Shown here: piece after piece, positions 39,591 to 53,501 of the stretch
Layout: each line of letters starts with the position of its first letter
Numbering within the stretch: the stretch's first letter is position 1
Origin: Eledone cirrhosa
Taxonomy: Eukaryota
Direction of reading: 5' to 3'
Assembly (NCBI GenBank): GCA_964016885.1
Contig: OZ024742.1
Location: forward strand, 161,758,001-161,822,000
DNA length: 64,000 nt
Translations under genes and position numbers: made by a program
Notes under the pieces: generated by a model
What the model was told of the DNA's origin: nothing
Databases searched by the model: none
What the model saw: only the letters and a program-made list of their open reading frames with translations

Positions 39591-40014
39591 GTAGAATAAT
39601 CGAGAATCGGAATTTCAGCCCACGAAATCACGATAAACAATATGCAATATATGTGGTAGAGGGCTCAATAATTTGGAAAAATTAGAGCTATAACTATCGT
39701 TAAAATACCAACACATAGAGGTCATGCCTAAAAATCACCCATGTAGCCGAAAACAAACAACCAGGAAGATTCGGGTCACTCAAATAAAATATCAATAAAA
39801 TATCAATAAATTAATAAATTAAATGAATGATGGTAAATCTAGCTTCTTGGGTTTCTGCAATTCCTTAATCTGAACACCATCAGCAAAAATATATATATTA
39901 TATATTTATATATAATAATATATATTATATATATATATATATATTATATATATTATATATAATATATATTATATATATATTATATATATTATATATTAAT
40001 ATATATTATATATA

Positions 40015-40065
<51 letters not shown>

Positions 40066-40223
40066 ATTATATATTTTTATATTATATATATTTATATTAT
40101 ATATATTATATGTTTATATATTATATATATATTATATATTTTATATATTATATATATATTATATATATATTATATATATATATATTATACATATATTATA
40201 TATTTATATATTATATATATATT

Positions 40224-40564
40224 ATCATCATCATCATTTCATTTCATGTCCGCTTTTCCTGCTTGCAAGTGTGGGACGGGAACTGATTCTGGCTTGATTT
40301 CTACAGCTGGATGCCCTTCCTAACACCAACCTCATTTACAGTGAGTGCTGGGTGCTTTTTTTGCCGTGGCGCCTCCACGACCACTTTACAGTGGAATAAT
40401 AGGGAACCCAGTCCCTATCATCTCATTTCTACAGCTGAGTAAACTGGAGCAATGTGAAATAAAGTGTCTTGCTCAAGGAAACAACACATCACCCGGTCTG
40501 AGAATTGAACTCACAACCTTTCGATTGCAAGGCCAATGCTCTAACCACTAAGGCATGTGCCTCC

Positions 40565-40565
<1 letters not shown>
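40224..40565 (-). mobile_element. Full-length SINE family 2
   Basis: Reverse complement of 54005-54334. Confidence 0.9.
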
Positions 40566-40634
<69 letters not shown>

Positions 40635-40761
40635 TTATATATTATATATATATTATATATATATATTATCTATGTATTATATATATATTATATATATTAT
40701 ATATATACATATATTATATATATATATATTATATATATATATATTATATATATATGTATAT

Positions 40762-40793
<32 letters not shown>

Positions 40794-40795
40794 AT

Positions 40796-40827
<32 letters not shown>

Positions 40828-40886
40828 ATTATATATATATATACATATATTATATATATATATATTATATATATATATATTATATA

Positions 40887-40929
<43 letters not shown>

Positions 40930-41235
40930 TATATATATAATATATATATATATATATAATATATATATATATAATATATATATATAATATATATATATAT
41001 AATATATATATATATAATATATATATATATATATAATATATATATATATAATATATATATATATATATAATATATATATATATAATATATATATATAATA
41101 TATATATATATATATAATACATATATATATAATATATATATATATAATATATATATATAATATATATATATATATAATATATATATATATATATAATATA
41201 TATATATAATATATATATATATTATATATATATAT

Positions 41236-44200
41236 TAATAAACTCAGACTAGTCCTGAATAAGACAATTACCACAATAATATCAGCTTACGCACCCCAAT
41301 CGGGGCTGCCAGACGAACTTAAGGATAGGTTTTACGAGTCCCTAATACACACTACTGCTCTAACAGACGACAAGGACTTCCTAATCATTGCAGGAGATTT
41401 TAACGGACACGTAGGTAAACACTGCGACGGCTTCAATAGAGTACATGGAGGCCATGGAGTTGGCACAAGGAATGAGGAAGGATTCAGACTTCTAGAATTC
41501 TGCGACGCCAATGACATGTCGATATGTAACACAAACTTTAAAAAACCCGACAACCACCTGATCACCTATAGATCAGGGGAGCACTCTAGTCAGTTAGATT
41601 TTATCCTCATCAGAGGACGTGACAGATGGACGGTCGTAAACACAAAAGCCTTCCCTAGTGAGGAATGTACATCCCAACATAGCTTAGTTGTCAGCGACCT
41701 CACGGTCAGAACTAGACGAGCCCTGAAACAGAGGCCAACCTGGAGAAGAAAGATCTGGAAGCTGAAAGTCCCCTCAACCAGTAACAGATTTAAAGATATT
41801 TTACTCAACGCCTACGACAGTAAAGAAGAACAGATAAAGACATTTAACGTAGAAGAGAACTGGGAGTTCCTAAAAAATAACTTACTAGAGGCGACGGATG
41901 AGGTTTGTGGCTGTAGTAAGACCTCAAGCAGGAGGAGAGTGACTTGGTGGTGGAACAATAAGGTAGATGAAGCAGTCAAGGCCAAGAGACAGGCATGGAA
42001 AGAATGGAAGAACGGGGGGAGCAGGGTACATTACATAGAGACCAAGAGGGAAGCTAGGCGACAAGTATACTTAGCTAGGAGGGAAGCAGAGGATAGAAAA
42101 TTCAAGCATGTTTTACAACGTGAGGACCAGAAACAGGAGGTATTCAAGATTGCGAGGCAGTGTGTCAGAGATAGTTGTGATGTCATTGGAGAGAAGTGTA
42201 TCCGGAATGATAAAGGTGAGCTTGCCCTCACAAGTGCTGAGAAGAAAGATGCATGGAAGAGTCATTATGATAGATTACTAAATGAGGAGAATGCATGGGA
42301 AGAAGAGACCCTACCCCACGTAGACCCTATAGAGGGACCAGCAGTACAAGTCAGCGGCAGCGTAGTAAGTAAGGCAATCAGAGATATGAAGATAGGGAAG
42401 GCAACCGGTCCATCGGGTATAGCTGCCGAGATGCTGAAGGCATCTGGGTCTGTAGGTCACACTATAACCACACGTATCGTTAACCAGGTAATACTAGAGG
42501 GGGCCATACCAAAAGATTGGTGCAGTAGCATCATTGTCAACTGCTACAAAGGTAAAGGCGATGCACTAGATAGAGGAAACTATAGAGGTATAAAGTTGAT
42601 GGACCAGGTCATGAAAGTAACAGAAAGAGTTATAGCACAGCTGATTAGGGACCGGGTGAATATAGACGAGATGCAATTTGGGTTTGTACCAGGGAAAGGC
42701 ACCACTGATGCGCTCTTCCTTGTGAGGCAATTACAGGAAAAGTACCTAGCTAAAAGTAAGCCACTCTACTTGGCATTTGTCGACCTTGAGAAAGCCTTTG
42801 ACAGAGTTCCACGTGCAGTAATCTGGTGGGCTCTTAGAAAACTAGGAGTAGATGAATGGCTTGTGAAAGCGGTACAAGCCATGTATAGGGGAGCAGTCAG
42901 CAAAGTTAGGATTGGCAATGAGTATAGCGAGGAATTTAGCGTACAGGTTGGGGTCCACCAGGGCTCTGTTCTTAGCCCTCTCCTGTTCATCATAGTCCTG
43001 CAGGCAATAACGGAGGAGTTTAAGACCGGATGCCCATGGGAACTCCTGTATGCTGATGACCTCGCACTCATAGCTGAATCTATGGTAGAACTAGAGAATA
43101 AATTCCAAACCTGGAAGCAGGGACTAGAGAGAAAGGGCCTCAAAGTCAACATGACAAAGACTAAGGTCCTTATAAGTAGACGAGAAAACAGAACCCAGAT
43201 CCCCTCAGGGAAATGGCCTTGCTCAGTATGTAGGAAAGGTGTAGGTAGGAACTCCATTCTTTGCCCCAAATGCAAACAATGGGTACACAAGAGATGTAGC
43301 GGGATCTCAGGAAGCTTAATTAAGAATGTAGGATTCACATGCAGCAGCTGTGCTGAAACAGCAAGCAAACAGCCACAGGAAACAAGTACCACCAATCTCT
43401 GGGAGGGCCCTGTAGAAACAGTAGACAGCTTCTGCTACCTAGGTGACCGAATTAGCAACGGAGGTGGGTGCTCAGAAAGTACAATAACTAGGGTAAGAAC
43501 GGGATGGAAGAAGTTTAGGGAACTACTACCACTGCTAGCTGCAAAAGGCTTCTCCCTCAGAATGAAAGGCAGACTGTATGATGCGTGTATCCGAACAGCG
43601 ATGTTGCATGGTAGTGAGACCTGGGCGCTGAAGGTGGAAGACTTACGTAGATTAGAGAGAAACGAAGCCTGCATGCTCCGATGGATGTGTAACAGTAATA
43701 TACGTGAACGACAAAGCATAAATGAATTGAGAGAGAGACTGAGCATAAGAGGAATCAAATGCTGCGTGCAGGAGAGGCGGTTACGCTGGTATGGACATGT
43801 GATGCGTATGAAGGATGACAGCTGCATAAAAAGGTGCAGAGCACTAGAAGTTGATGGAAACCGCGGAGTGGGGAGACCCAAGATGACTTGGGATGAGGTG
43901 ATAAAAGCCGACCTTACCCAACTACACCTCTCAAAGTCAATGACACACGACCGTGACTTCTGGCGTCACGCAGTAATACAGGGTACCCGACCTCCCATGG
44001 GTACATGCTGAAGCATATAAACAATATGCCCCCCCCCCCCCCCCCCCCCACCGCAAGGTGGTCGTGGAGGTGCCACGGCAAAAAAGCACCCAGCCCACAC
44101 TGTAAAGTGGACGTGTAGGCGCCACGAAAAAGCACCCAGCACTCACTGTAAATGAGGTTGGTGTTAGGAAGGGCATCCAGCTGTAGAAATCAAGCCAGAT

Positions 44201-44323
44201 CAGTTCCTGTATGAGCAAGGCATGGTCAGCCGACCAGACACTGCCCACAACAGGACAACCCGTCTAACCCATGCTAGCGTGGAAGAACGGACGTAAAACG
44301 GTGATGATGATGATGATGATGAT
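41236..44323 (+). mobile_element. Young RTE LINE lineage B, 5'-truncated in APE, uninterrupted ORF to 44011
   Basis: SAYAPQ (~41282), AGDFNGHVG, RT motifs, PHD finger 43220-43351, ~300-bp 3'UTR, (GAT)n tail. Confidence 0.95.
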
Positions 44324-44463
44324 TATATATATATATATTATATATATATATATTATATATATATATATATTATATATATATACTATATATATATATATTA
44401 TATATATATATATATATTATATATATATATATATATTATATATATATATATATTATATATATA

Positions 44464-44522
<59 letters not shown>

Positions 44523-44530
44523 ATATATAT

Positions 44531-44562
<32 letters not shown>

Positions 44563-44587
44563 ATATATATTATATATATATATATAT

Positions 44588-44619
<32 letters not shown>

Positions 44620-44738
44620 ATATATTATATATATATATATATATTATATATATATATATATATTATATATATATATATATATTATATATATATATATATA
44701 TTATATATATATATTATATATATATTATATTATATATA

Positions 44739-44897
44739 TAAATCCGAGCATTTTATAATAACTAGAGTTATTATAAAATGCTCGGATTTATCTTTGAGCT
44801 TATTTCCAGGCGATATGGCGCATGCCATTATGACATGACACCCACAATTTGGATTTAGATTAAATTCACTTAATTTATCTTAATTTTGGATATAGAT
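44739..44897. mobile_element. Miniature fold-back: 25-bp inverted arms (44739-44763 / 44766-44790) plus ~105-bp tail, in (AT)n
   Basis: taaatccgagcattttataataact-ag-agttattataaaatgctcggattta. Same architecture as the hammerhead fold-backs; the PLE assignment is inferred. Confidence 0.55.
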
Positions 44898-45064
44898 ATA
44901 TATATATATACGGCTCCTTAATTGTAGAGTTATTTCTGTTGAAGAGAATTTGACTGCTATTTCTAGTTGTCGAATACTTATTCACGCCACTGAAACGAAA
45001 CTGCTATCAAGTGTAGACGCAACACGTGGTATCGGCTAGATGAAGATTTAAGATGAAGATTTAA

Positions 45065-45952
45065 GATGAAAACCATGACCGCAGGAAGGCACTTTGCTCT
45101 AGCTCTGTCTAATATCCTCCTCAGCATCAGGATGTGACTGGTGGTTGATCTACCCTAAAAAAAAAGGTATCGGATGCTGAATTTGCCGACGACATAGTTT
45201 TGGTGACAAATACAGTGAAGGAGGCAGAGGATTTGATGCGGGAGGTTGAGACTGTGTCTATGAGTGTGGGGCTGAGAATGAATGAGACTAAAACAAAATA
45301 TCTGGTAGAGAATGTTGAGAAGCCAGAGGGGATCACTAATGTAGGCGGGAAGCCGCTAGAATTGGTTGAGGGCTTCCTGTATTTGGGAGCAAAGATTGGG
45401 AATACGGAAGATGATGTGGTTGAGAGGAAGAGCAAGGCCTGGGCGGCGTGCCACAGCTTGAGATCCGTGTGGAAGTCGGACCTTCGTAGAGACCTGAAAG
45501 TCCGCCTCTTCATTGCTGTAGTGGAGTCTGTGCTGCTGTATGGGTCTGAGACTTGGACACTGACCAAGAAACTCACTCAGATGGTGGATGGGTGCGACAC
45601 GAGAATGTTGAGGGTGGCTCTGAACATTAATCAGTATACACTGAGGATGAAAAACTCAGAGCTGTATGGGAGCATCCCAAAAGTCAGCTCAAAAGTGACA
45701 CAGAGGAGACTGAGGTTAGCTGGACATGTTCACCGACATCCAGAGTTGACATTGCACTCAGTGCTCCTTTGGGAGCCCCTACATGGACACACTAGAAGAG
45801 GAAGACCAAGGTTAACGTATGTTGATGCCCTAAGGACAGATACTGGTCTGTTGGAGATGCAGGACATGGCAGCGATAATGAGGGACAGAGACCGCTGGAG
45901 AGAACTCGTCCATGGATCTCGGGAATTTTACCCGCCTTAGATAGATATAGAT
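45065..45952 (+). mobile_element. RTE-like LINE lineage D with 5' inversion (45065-45156 minus)
   Basis: Forward part AEFADDIVL...FLYLG...REFYPP*. The inverted piece translates GRSTTSHILMLRRILDRARAKCLPAVMVFI (RT motif 2-3). Confidence 0.9.
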
Positions 45953-45953
45953 A

Positions 45954-46146
<193 letters not shown>

Positions 46147-46331
46147 CATATTATATATTATATATATTATATATATATATTATATATATATATATATTAT
46201 ACATATTATATATTATATATATTATATATATATATTATATATATATATATTATATATATATATTATATATATATATATCATATATATATATTATATATAT
46301 ATATTATATATATTATATATATTATATATAT

Positions 46332-46440
46332 CATCATTTCATTTTACGTCCGCTTTTCCCTGCTTGCAAGGGTGGGACGGAAACTGGTTCTGGCTTGATT
46401 TCTACAGCTGGATGCCCTTCCTAACACCAACCTCATTTAC
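46332..46440 (-). mobile_element. SINE family 2 3' fragment
   Basis: Matches 40232-40340. Confidence 0.85.
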
Positions 46441-46471
46441 ATATATATATATTATATATATTATATATATT

Positions 46472-46812
46472 ATAGTTATGTAATAAACAACATAAGGCAA
46501 TTATTCCATTTACCAGTGGTTTCTTAAAAGCAAAAAATTTTGCTTTCAATCCTCAGAATGAAAAAATCCTGGTCTGTTTATTGAATTTGGATTTTAAAAA
46601 CAAAAACATTTTTTGTTTTTAAAATCCAAATTCAATAAACAGACCAGGATTTTTTCATTCTGAGGATTGAAAGCAAAATTTTTTGCTTTTAAGAAACCAC
46701 TGGTAAATGGAATAATTGCCTTATGTTGTTTATTACATAACTATTAAGCTCTGTTACCTACATAGAGCACTCTTTTTTCCTGGACTTTTCCGACGGAATT
46801 ACTTCATTCACA
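46472..46812. mobile_element. Hammerhead-bearing fold-back element: 273-bp palindrome (46472-46744) plus ~68-bp tail
   Basis: Inverted arms around a 3-nt loop centred at 46608, with (AT)n flanks. Confidence 0.88.
46654..46712 (+). ncRNA. Type I hammerhead ribozyme (mirror copy 46504-46562 on minus)
   Basis: uucauu CUGAGGA uugaaagcaaaa-uu-uuuugcuuuuaa GAAA ccacugg UA aaugga; GUA triplet. Confidence 0.82.
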
Positions 46813-47026
46813 CATATATATTATATATATATATATATATTATATATATTATATATATATATATTATATATATATATATTATATATATATATTATATATA
46901 TATATTATATATATATATATATTATATATATATATTATATATATTATATATATATATATATATATTATATATATTATATATATATATATTATATATATAT
47001 TATATATATTATATATATATATTATG

Positions 47027-47215
47027 TGGTGGTGGATTGGCAGTATCGGTAGAGAGTCAGACGCCATGCTTTGCATCAAAGAGTTACGGCCCTTTATAAT
47101 CTGAGTTCAAATCCCGCCGAGGTTAACTTTGCCTTTCATCCTTACGGGGTCGATAAAATAAAGTACCAGTAATGCACTGGGTAATTGCTGGCCTTGTGCC
47201 AAAAGTAGAAACAAT
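47027..47215 (+). mobile_element. Full-length SINE family 1
   Basis: A-box tggcagtatcgg, B-box gagttcaaatcc, and family body. Confidence 0.92.
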
Positions 47216-47764
47216 TATATATATATATTATAAATATTATATATATATATTATAAATATTATATATATATATTATAAATATTATATATATATATAATAAA
47301 TATTATATATATATATTATATATATATGTATATATTATATATATATATTATAAATATTATATATATAATATATATATATATATTATATATATATATTATA
47401 AATATTATATATATAATATATATATTATATATATATATTATAAATATTATATATATAATATATATATTATATATATATATTATAAATATTATATATATAA
47501 TATATATATATATATATTATATCTATATTATAGACGTGTTTTCTTGGGCTCTGCTAGAGTCAGCAGCAACACACAACCACGTGTTGCTACACACAAGGGG
47601 AAAGAAAAAAATTATGAGACCAATAGAGATATGTACATTTATATCTAGATATTGTTATTATCATTTACAGATGTCCCTCTGTGTTTAATGTAAAAACATG
47701 TTCATTAGTATATGTGTTGTTATTTCTGTTTACATTTTACATACATATATATATCAATGCTTAC

Positions 47765-47944
47765 GTGGACCTCTCAAGATTCGTTGGATTTTCTAATTGG
47801 ATTTTCACCCTGAAACTGGATACCAACCCTGAGTACACCTGAACTTCCACCAGGAAATCTTTCATATCATTGAAATTTTCTTTGCTTCTTATATATTATA
47901 TATACTTGTCCGCCATTGCAAGGGGCCATAAATTCATAAAAATT
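47765..47944 (-). CDS. Candidate host exon (180 nt), product unknown
   Basis: Acceptor ctcctttcctctctcttcag and donor gtaagc. A single open frame: [59 protein letters not shown]. Confidence 0.4.
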
Positions 47945-48107
47945 CTGAAGAGAGAGGAAAGGAGACAAGTGAACTATGAACTTGTACATCTCACTGACCT
48001 CCACCACCACAATAACGTCTACACTCGCTCCCCACCATCACCACATTACTCATTACTCTATCTAAGGTGGCTGACCTGTTCCCTGTTGACATACTGCTGA
48101 CTCTTTT

Positions 48108-48915
48108 GATGTATGTATGTGTATATACATATATATATGTGTGTGTATATGTATATCTCAGTGGATGCGACCAGATTTCAACACAGCAACAACAACAGCA
48201 GCAACACAAACAACAACAACGACAACAACACCATTGTCTGTGTTGAATGTGTGTGTATGTGTGTATTTATATGTATGCGACTGCAATAACAGCATCAACA
48301 CCATTGTCTGCAGCAACAGCAGCAGTGAAATGAAGAAGAAGAACAACAACAGCGACAACAACAACAACAACAACAGCAACAACACCATTGTCTGTGTTGA
48401 ATGTGTGTGTATGTATGTATTTATATATATATGCGACTACAATAACAGCATCAACACCATTGTCTGCAGCATCAGTGAAATGAAGAACAACAACAGCGGC
48501 AGCAGCAGCAACAGCAACAGCGGCAGCAGCAGCAACAACAACAGCAACAGCAGCAGCAACTGCAATAACAACTACAGCAGCAACAACTGCCACCACCATC
48601 ACTGACCATCCACCACCACCACATTTACACCATCCACCACCATTCACCACCACCACCGCCATTACCAGCGTAAAGCAAACAATTATTATTATATACAAGC
48701 TGAACTGGACTGGGAAAGGTCAACAGTTGACATGATATTGATTTTGATTTTGTATTTGTATCAGTACTGCCGGTAATATATATATATATATGTGTGTTTG
48801 TGAGTGGTGTGTGTGTTTGTATGCATGAATGAGTGTTGGTATGTGAGTGATGTGTGTGTGGTTGTGGTTTGTATGCATGAGTGTTGGTGTGTGAGTGTGT
48901 GTGTGTGCGTCGTGT
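48108..48915. repeat. Compound microsatellite (CAA/CAG/CAC/GT) with an internal ~155-bp duplication
   Basis: aacaccattgtctgtgttgaatgtgtg...cagtgaaatgaagaa occurs twice (~48226, ~48381). Confidence 0.85.
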
Positions 48916-48939
48916 CAATAAGTTTTTCTTTTTTAATGA

Positions 48940-51900
48940 CCATGCTGTAAAATGGAGGGGGCCCTTGAGTCTAGTAAGACATCTTCTCTAGTGCTGGTGG
49001 CACAAATAAAAGCACCCAGTCCATGCTGTAAAGTGGTGCTGGTGTTAGGAAGGGCATCCAACCAGTGTATCAATGCCAAAACGCTTATCAGCACAGCAAC
49101 AAATAGGAAAAATATGAAGACGTCGCATCTCAGAGTTGCAACACTTAATGTTGGCACTCTCAGAGGTAGATCTGCTGAAATAGCGGAGATGCTGGAGAGA
49201 AGGCAGGTGGATGTGTGCTGCATGCAAGAGGTGAGATGGAGAGGTGCCTCTGCGAGACTAGTCGTACGCAAACGTCTTAGCTATAAGCTATTCTGGGTAG
49301 GTAAGGATGATGGGTTAGGGGGAGTAGGCATTTTCCTGGCTGAGAAATGGATCAATAAAACAATAGAGGTAGTTCGAGTTAGTAATCGAATAATTAAGGT
49401 TAGATTAGTTGTAGGCAGGAGACTACTGACAATCATCTCGGCCTATGCTCCCCAAGAAGGCCTAGGCAAAGATGAGAAAGACTGCTTTTACGAGCAACTT
49501 TTACAAACCACAATGACAGAGGACGGAGACATCGTTATGCTAGCAGGAGACTTCAATGGTCATGTTGGACAGCTCCAGGATGGTTACACTGGGGTACATG
49601 GTGGGCACGGTTACGGTTCAAGAAATGAAGAAGGAGTGAGACTTCTTGAATTTTGTGATGCAGGTACATTGACTATTTGCAACACAAACTTCCAGAAACC
49701 TGCCAATCACCTAATAACCTACAAATCTGGTGAGCACATAAGCCAGATTGACTTTTTACTAGTTAGGCAGCGGGACAGGCAGATAGTGTCTAATACCAAA
49801 GCATACCCTGGGGAAGAATGTACCCCACAGCATAGGTTAGTTGTTAGTGATATCTCAGTAAGCAAGAGATGGAATGAGACATATAGGAAGGTGTGAAGAA
49901 GAAAGGTCTGTAAGCTAAAAGACCTTTCACTAAAATACAAATTTAGGAAAGCCGTTCAAGATGTATATGACGAAAAAGAAGACGATTTAGAGACGTATGA
50001 CATAGATAATAACTGGAATTTCTTACGTGACAACTTGCTGCAGGCTACTGATGAAACTTGTGGCTGGAGCATAGCTCCAACCAGACAGAGAGTGACCTGG
50101 TGGTGGAACTGCACAGTAGATAAGGCCATTAGAGACAAAAGACTAGCATGGAAGGCTTGGAAAAAGGGTGGGAGTAGGGAAGAATATATAGACACTAAGA
50201 GAGAAGCTAGACGTCAGGTGTACTTAGCACGCAGGGAGGCGGAGAGTAGGAGGTTTGCCAATGTTCTGCGACGGGAAGATCAGAGGCGTGCGGTGTTCCA
50301 CATTGCAAGGCAGTGTGTCAATGCAAATCAAGATGTTGTTGGAGATAAATGTGTCCGGGATGATGCCGGTGTACTTAGTGTCACAAATGATCAGAAAAAG
50401 GAGGCCTGGAAATGTCATTATGAGAGACTGATAAATGTGGAGAATGAATGGGAGAGAGAGAAATTACCCTTAGTAGATCCGACAGAGGGACCAGCTATTG
50501 AGATTGACGAATATAGGGTCCAAGAGGCGATTAGGGAAATGAAAAATGGTAAGGCTGCTGGACCATCGGGAATAGTTGCTGAGATGCTGAAGGCATCAGG
50601 GGACGTAGGCACTAAACTGGTTGCACACATCATCAATCAGGCTATATATGGTGGTGTCATACCCAAAGACTGGTGCAGCAGTATTCTCATAAATTGCTAC
50701 AAAGGTAAAGGGGATGTTCTGGAGAGGAGCAATTATAGGGGTATAAAACTGATAGATCAGGTTATGAAAGTGGCAGAAAGGATTTTAGCACAACTAATTA
50801 GAGAAAGGGTCAAACTAGATGAGATGCAGTTTGGTTTTGTGCCTGGGAAGAGTAGAACAGATGCCCTCTTCTTGGTGAGACAATTGCAAGAGAGGTTCTT
50901 AGAGAAGAATAAGCCACTATACTTAGCCTTTGTTGACCTAGAGAAGGCCTTTGATAGGGTACCCCAATCTGTCATCTGGTGGTCCCTAAGGAAGCTGGGT
51001 GTTGAGGAATGGCTTGTGAGGACAGTGCAAACTTTGTACAGAGCCTCAGCCTGCTCTTGTTCATTATAGTCCTCCAAGCCATAACAGAGGAGTTTAAGAC
51101 TGGCTGTCCATTGGAACTTTTCTATGCTGACGATCTGGTTCTTATAGCAGAATCAGTAGAGGAGCTAGAGAATAAATTCTGGCCGTGGAAACAGCAGTTG
51201 GAAGCAAAAGGACTGAGAGTGAACCTAGCTAAGACAAAAGTGTTGATGAGTAGAAAAGAGGACAAAACCCTGATTCCGTCAGGGAAATGGCCATGTTCGA
51301 TATGCAGAAAAGGAACTGGCATAAATTCTATAAAATGCACACAATGCAGATCTTGGGTATACAAGAGATGTAGCGGGATAGCAGGCAAACTAACAGGTAG
51401 GGAGAAATATGTATGCAGTAGATGTACAGCGAAATTAGACAGTAGAAGTCGCATTGATAGACACATTTTTCAAATGCAGGAGGGCGCTATAGAAGTGGTG
51501 GATAGCTTCCGGTACCTAGGAGTTCAGATTAGCATGAGAGGAGGGTGTTCCGAGGCCATAGTATCTAGAATAAGGACGGGTTGGAAGAAGTTTAGGGAGC
51601 TGCTTCCTCTGTTGACGAAGAAGGGTTTCTCCCTGCATACGAAAAGCCGGTTGTATGATGCCTGTGTGAGGAGCACGATGCTGTATGGTAGTGAGACATG
51701 GGCAGCAACTGCAGAGGATATGCGACGGCTGGAGAGAAATGAGGCAAGCATGCTCCGTTGGATGTGCAGTGTAAATGTGCGTGAACGACCCAGCATAAAT
51801 GTGTTGAGAGAGAAACTGTGTCTGAGAGGGATAGAATGTAGTGTACGGGAGAGGAGACTGAGGTGGTATGGACATGTGATGCGCATGGAGGATGACCGAT

Positions 51901-52117
51901 GGGTGAAGAAGTGCCAGGAAATGCCAGTTGAAGGAAGACGTGGTAGAGGTAGACCACGAAAAACATGGGCGGAGGTGGTGAGAACAGACTTCAGATCATT
52001 GAAGCTCACGGTGGAGATGACGAAGGACCGTGACGAGTGGAGAGATGCTGTGCTGAATAAGACCCATCCCACCCTTGCAAGCGGGGAAAAGCAGACGTAA
52101 AATGATGAAGATGATGA
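48940..52117 (+). mobile_element. Near full-length, inactivated RTE LINE lineage C including 5'UTR
   Basis: LRVATLNVGTL, CMQEVRW, APE and RT motifs. Stop at 49894 and a deletion/frameshift at ~51043 that removes GVHQGS. The stop codon runs directly into the (GAT)n tail. A short 3'-end copy follows at 52131-52218. Confidence 0.93.
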
Positions 52118-52244
52118 TAATATATATATAGGACCGTGACGAGTGGAGAGATGCTGTGCTGAATAAGACCCATCCCACCCTTGCAAGCAGGGAAAAGCGG
52201 ACGTAAAATGATGATGATATATATTATATATATATATATATATA

Positions 52245-53501
52245 CACAAGCCATGTATAGGGGAGCAGTCAGCAAAGTTAGGATTAGCAATGAGAATATC
52301 GAGGAATTTAGCGTACAGGTTGGGGTACACCAGGGCTCTGTTCTTAGCCCCTCCTGTTCATCATAGTCCTGCAGGCAATAACGGAGGAGTTTAATACCGG
52401 ATGTCCATGGGAACTCCTGTATGCTGATGACTTCGCACTTATCGCTGAATCTATGGTAGAACTAGAGAAGAAATTCCAAACTTGGAAGCAGGGACTAGAA
52501 AGAAAGGGTCTCAAAGTCAACATGACAAAGACTAAGGTCCTTGTAAGTAGACGAGAAAACAGAACCCAGATCCCCTCAGGGAAATGGCCTTGCTCAGTAT
52601 GTAGGAAAGGTGTAGGTAGGAACTCCATTCTCTGCCCCAAATGCAAACAATGGGAACACAAGAGATGTAGCGGGATCTCAGGAAGCTTAATTAAGAATGT
52701 AGGCTTCACATGCAGCAGCTATGCTGGGACAGCAAGCAGCAAATAGCCACAGGAAACAAGTACCACCAATCTCTGGGAGGGCTCTGTAGAAACAGTAGAC
52801 AGCTTCTGCTACCTAGGTGACTGAATTAGCAGCGGAGGTGGGTGTTCAGAAAGTACAATTACTAGGGTAAGAACGGGATGGAAGAAGTTTAGGGAACTAC
52901 TACCACTGCTAGCTGCAAAAGGCTTCTCCCTCAAAATGAAAGGCAGACTGTATGATGCGTGTATCCGAACAGCGATGTTGCATGGTAGTGAGACCTGGGC
53001 GCTGAAGGTGGAAGACTTACGTAGATTAGAGAGAAACGAAGCCTGCATGCTCCGATGGATTTGTAACAGTAATATTCGCGAACGACAAAGCATAAATGAA
53101 TTGAGAGAGAGACTGAGCATAAGAGGAATCAAATGCTGTGTGCAGGAGAGGCGGTTGCGCTGGTATGGACATGTGATGCGTATGAAGGATGACAGCTGCA
53201 TAAAAAGGTGCAGAGCACTAGAAGTCGATGGAAACCGCGGAGTTGGGAGACCCCAGATGACCTGGGATGAGGTGATAAAAGTCGACCTTACCCAATTACA
53301 CCTCTCAAAGGCAATGACACACGGCCGTGACCTCTGGCGTCATGCAGTAATACAGAGTACCCGACCTCCCATGGGTACATGCTGAAGCATATAGACAATA
53401 TGCCCCCACACCCCCCAAGGCAAGGTTGTCGTGGAGGTGCCACGGCAAAAAAGCACCCAGCCCACACTGTGAAGTAGACGTGTAGGCGCCACGAAAAAGC
53501 A
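52245..53501 (+). mobile_element. Decayed RTE lineage B fragment, truncated at both ends
   Basis: Diverged from 42877-44133 with stops; lacks the terminal 3'UTR. Confidence 0.92.

Noticed and set aside
39826-39888. Minus-strand ctgatgg...gaaa motif
   Set aside because: Core mismatch and no stem I/III pairing; better explained as a simple hairpin.
48945-49065. Twister or HDV ribozyme at the RTE-C 5' end (gtaaaatggagggggc resembles a twister 3' strand)
   Set aside because: I could not build the remaining conserved strands or pseudoknots by eye; needs an Infernal search.
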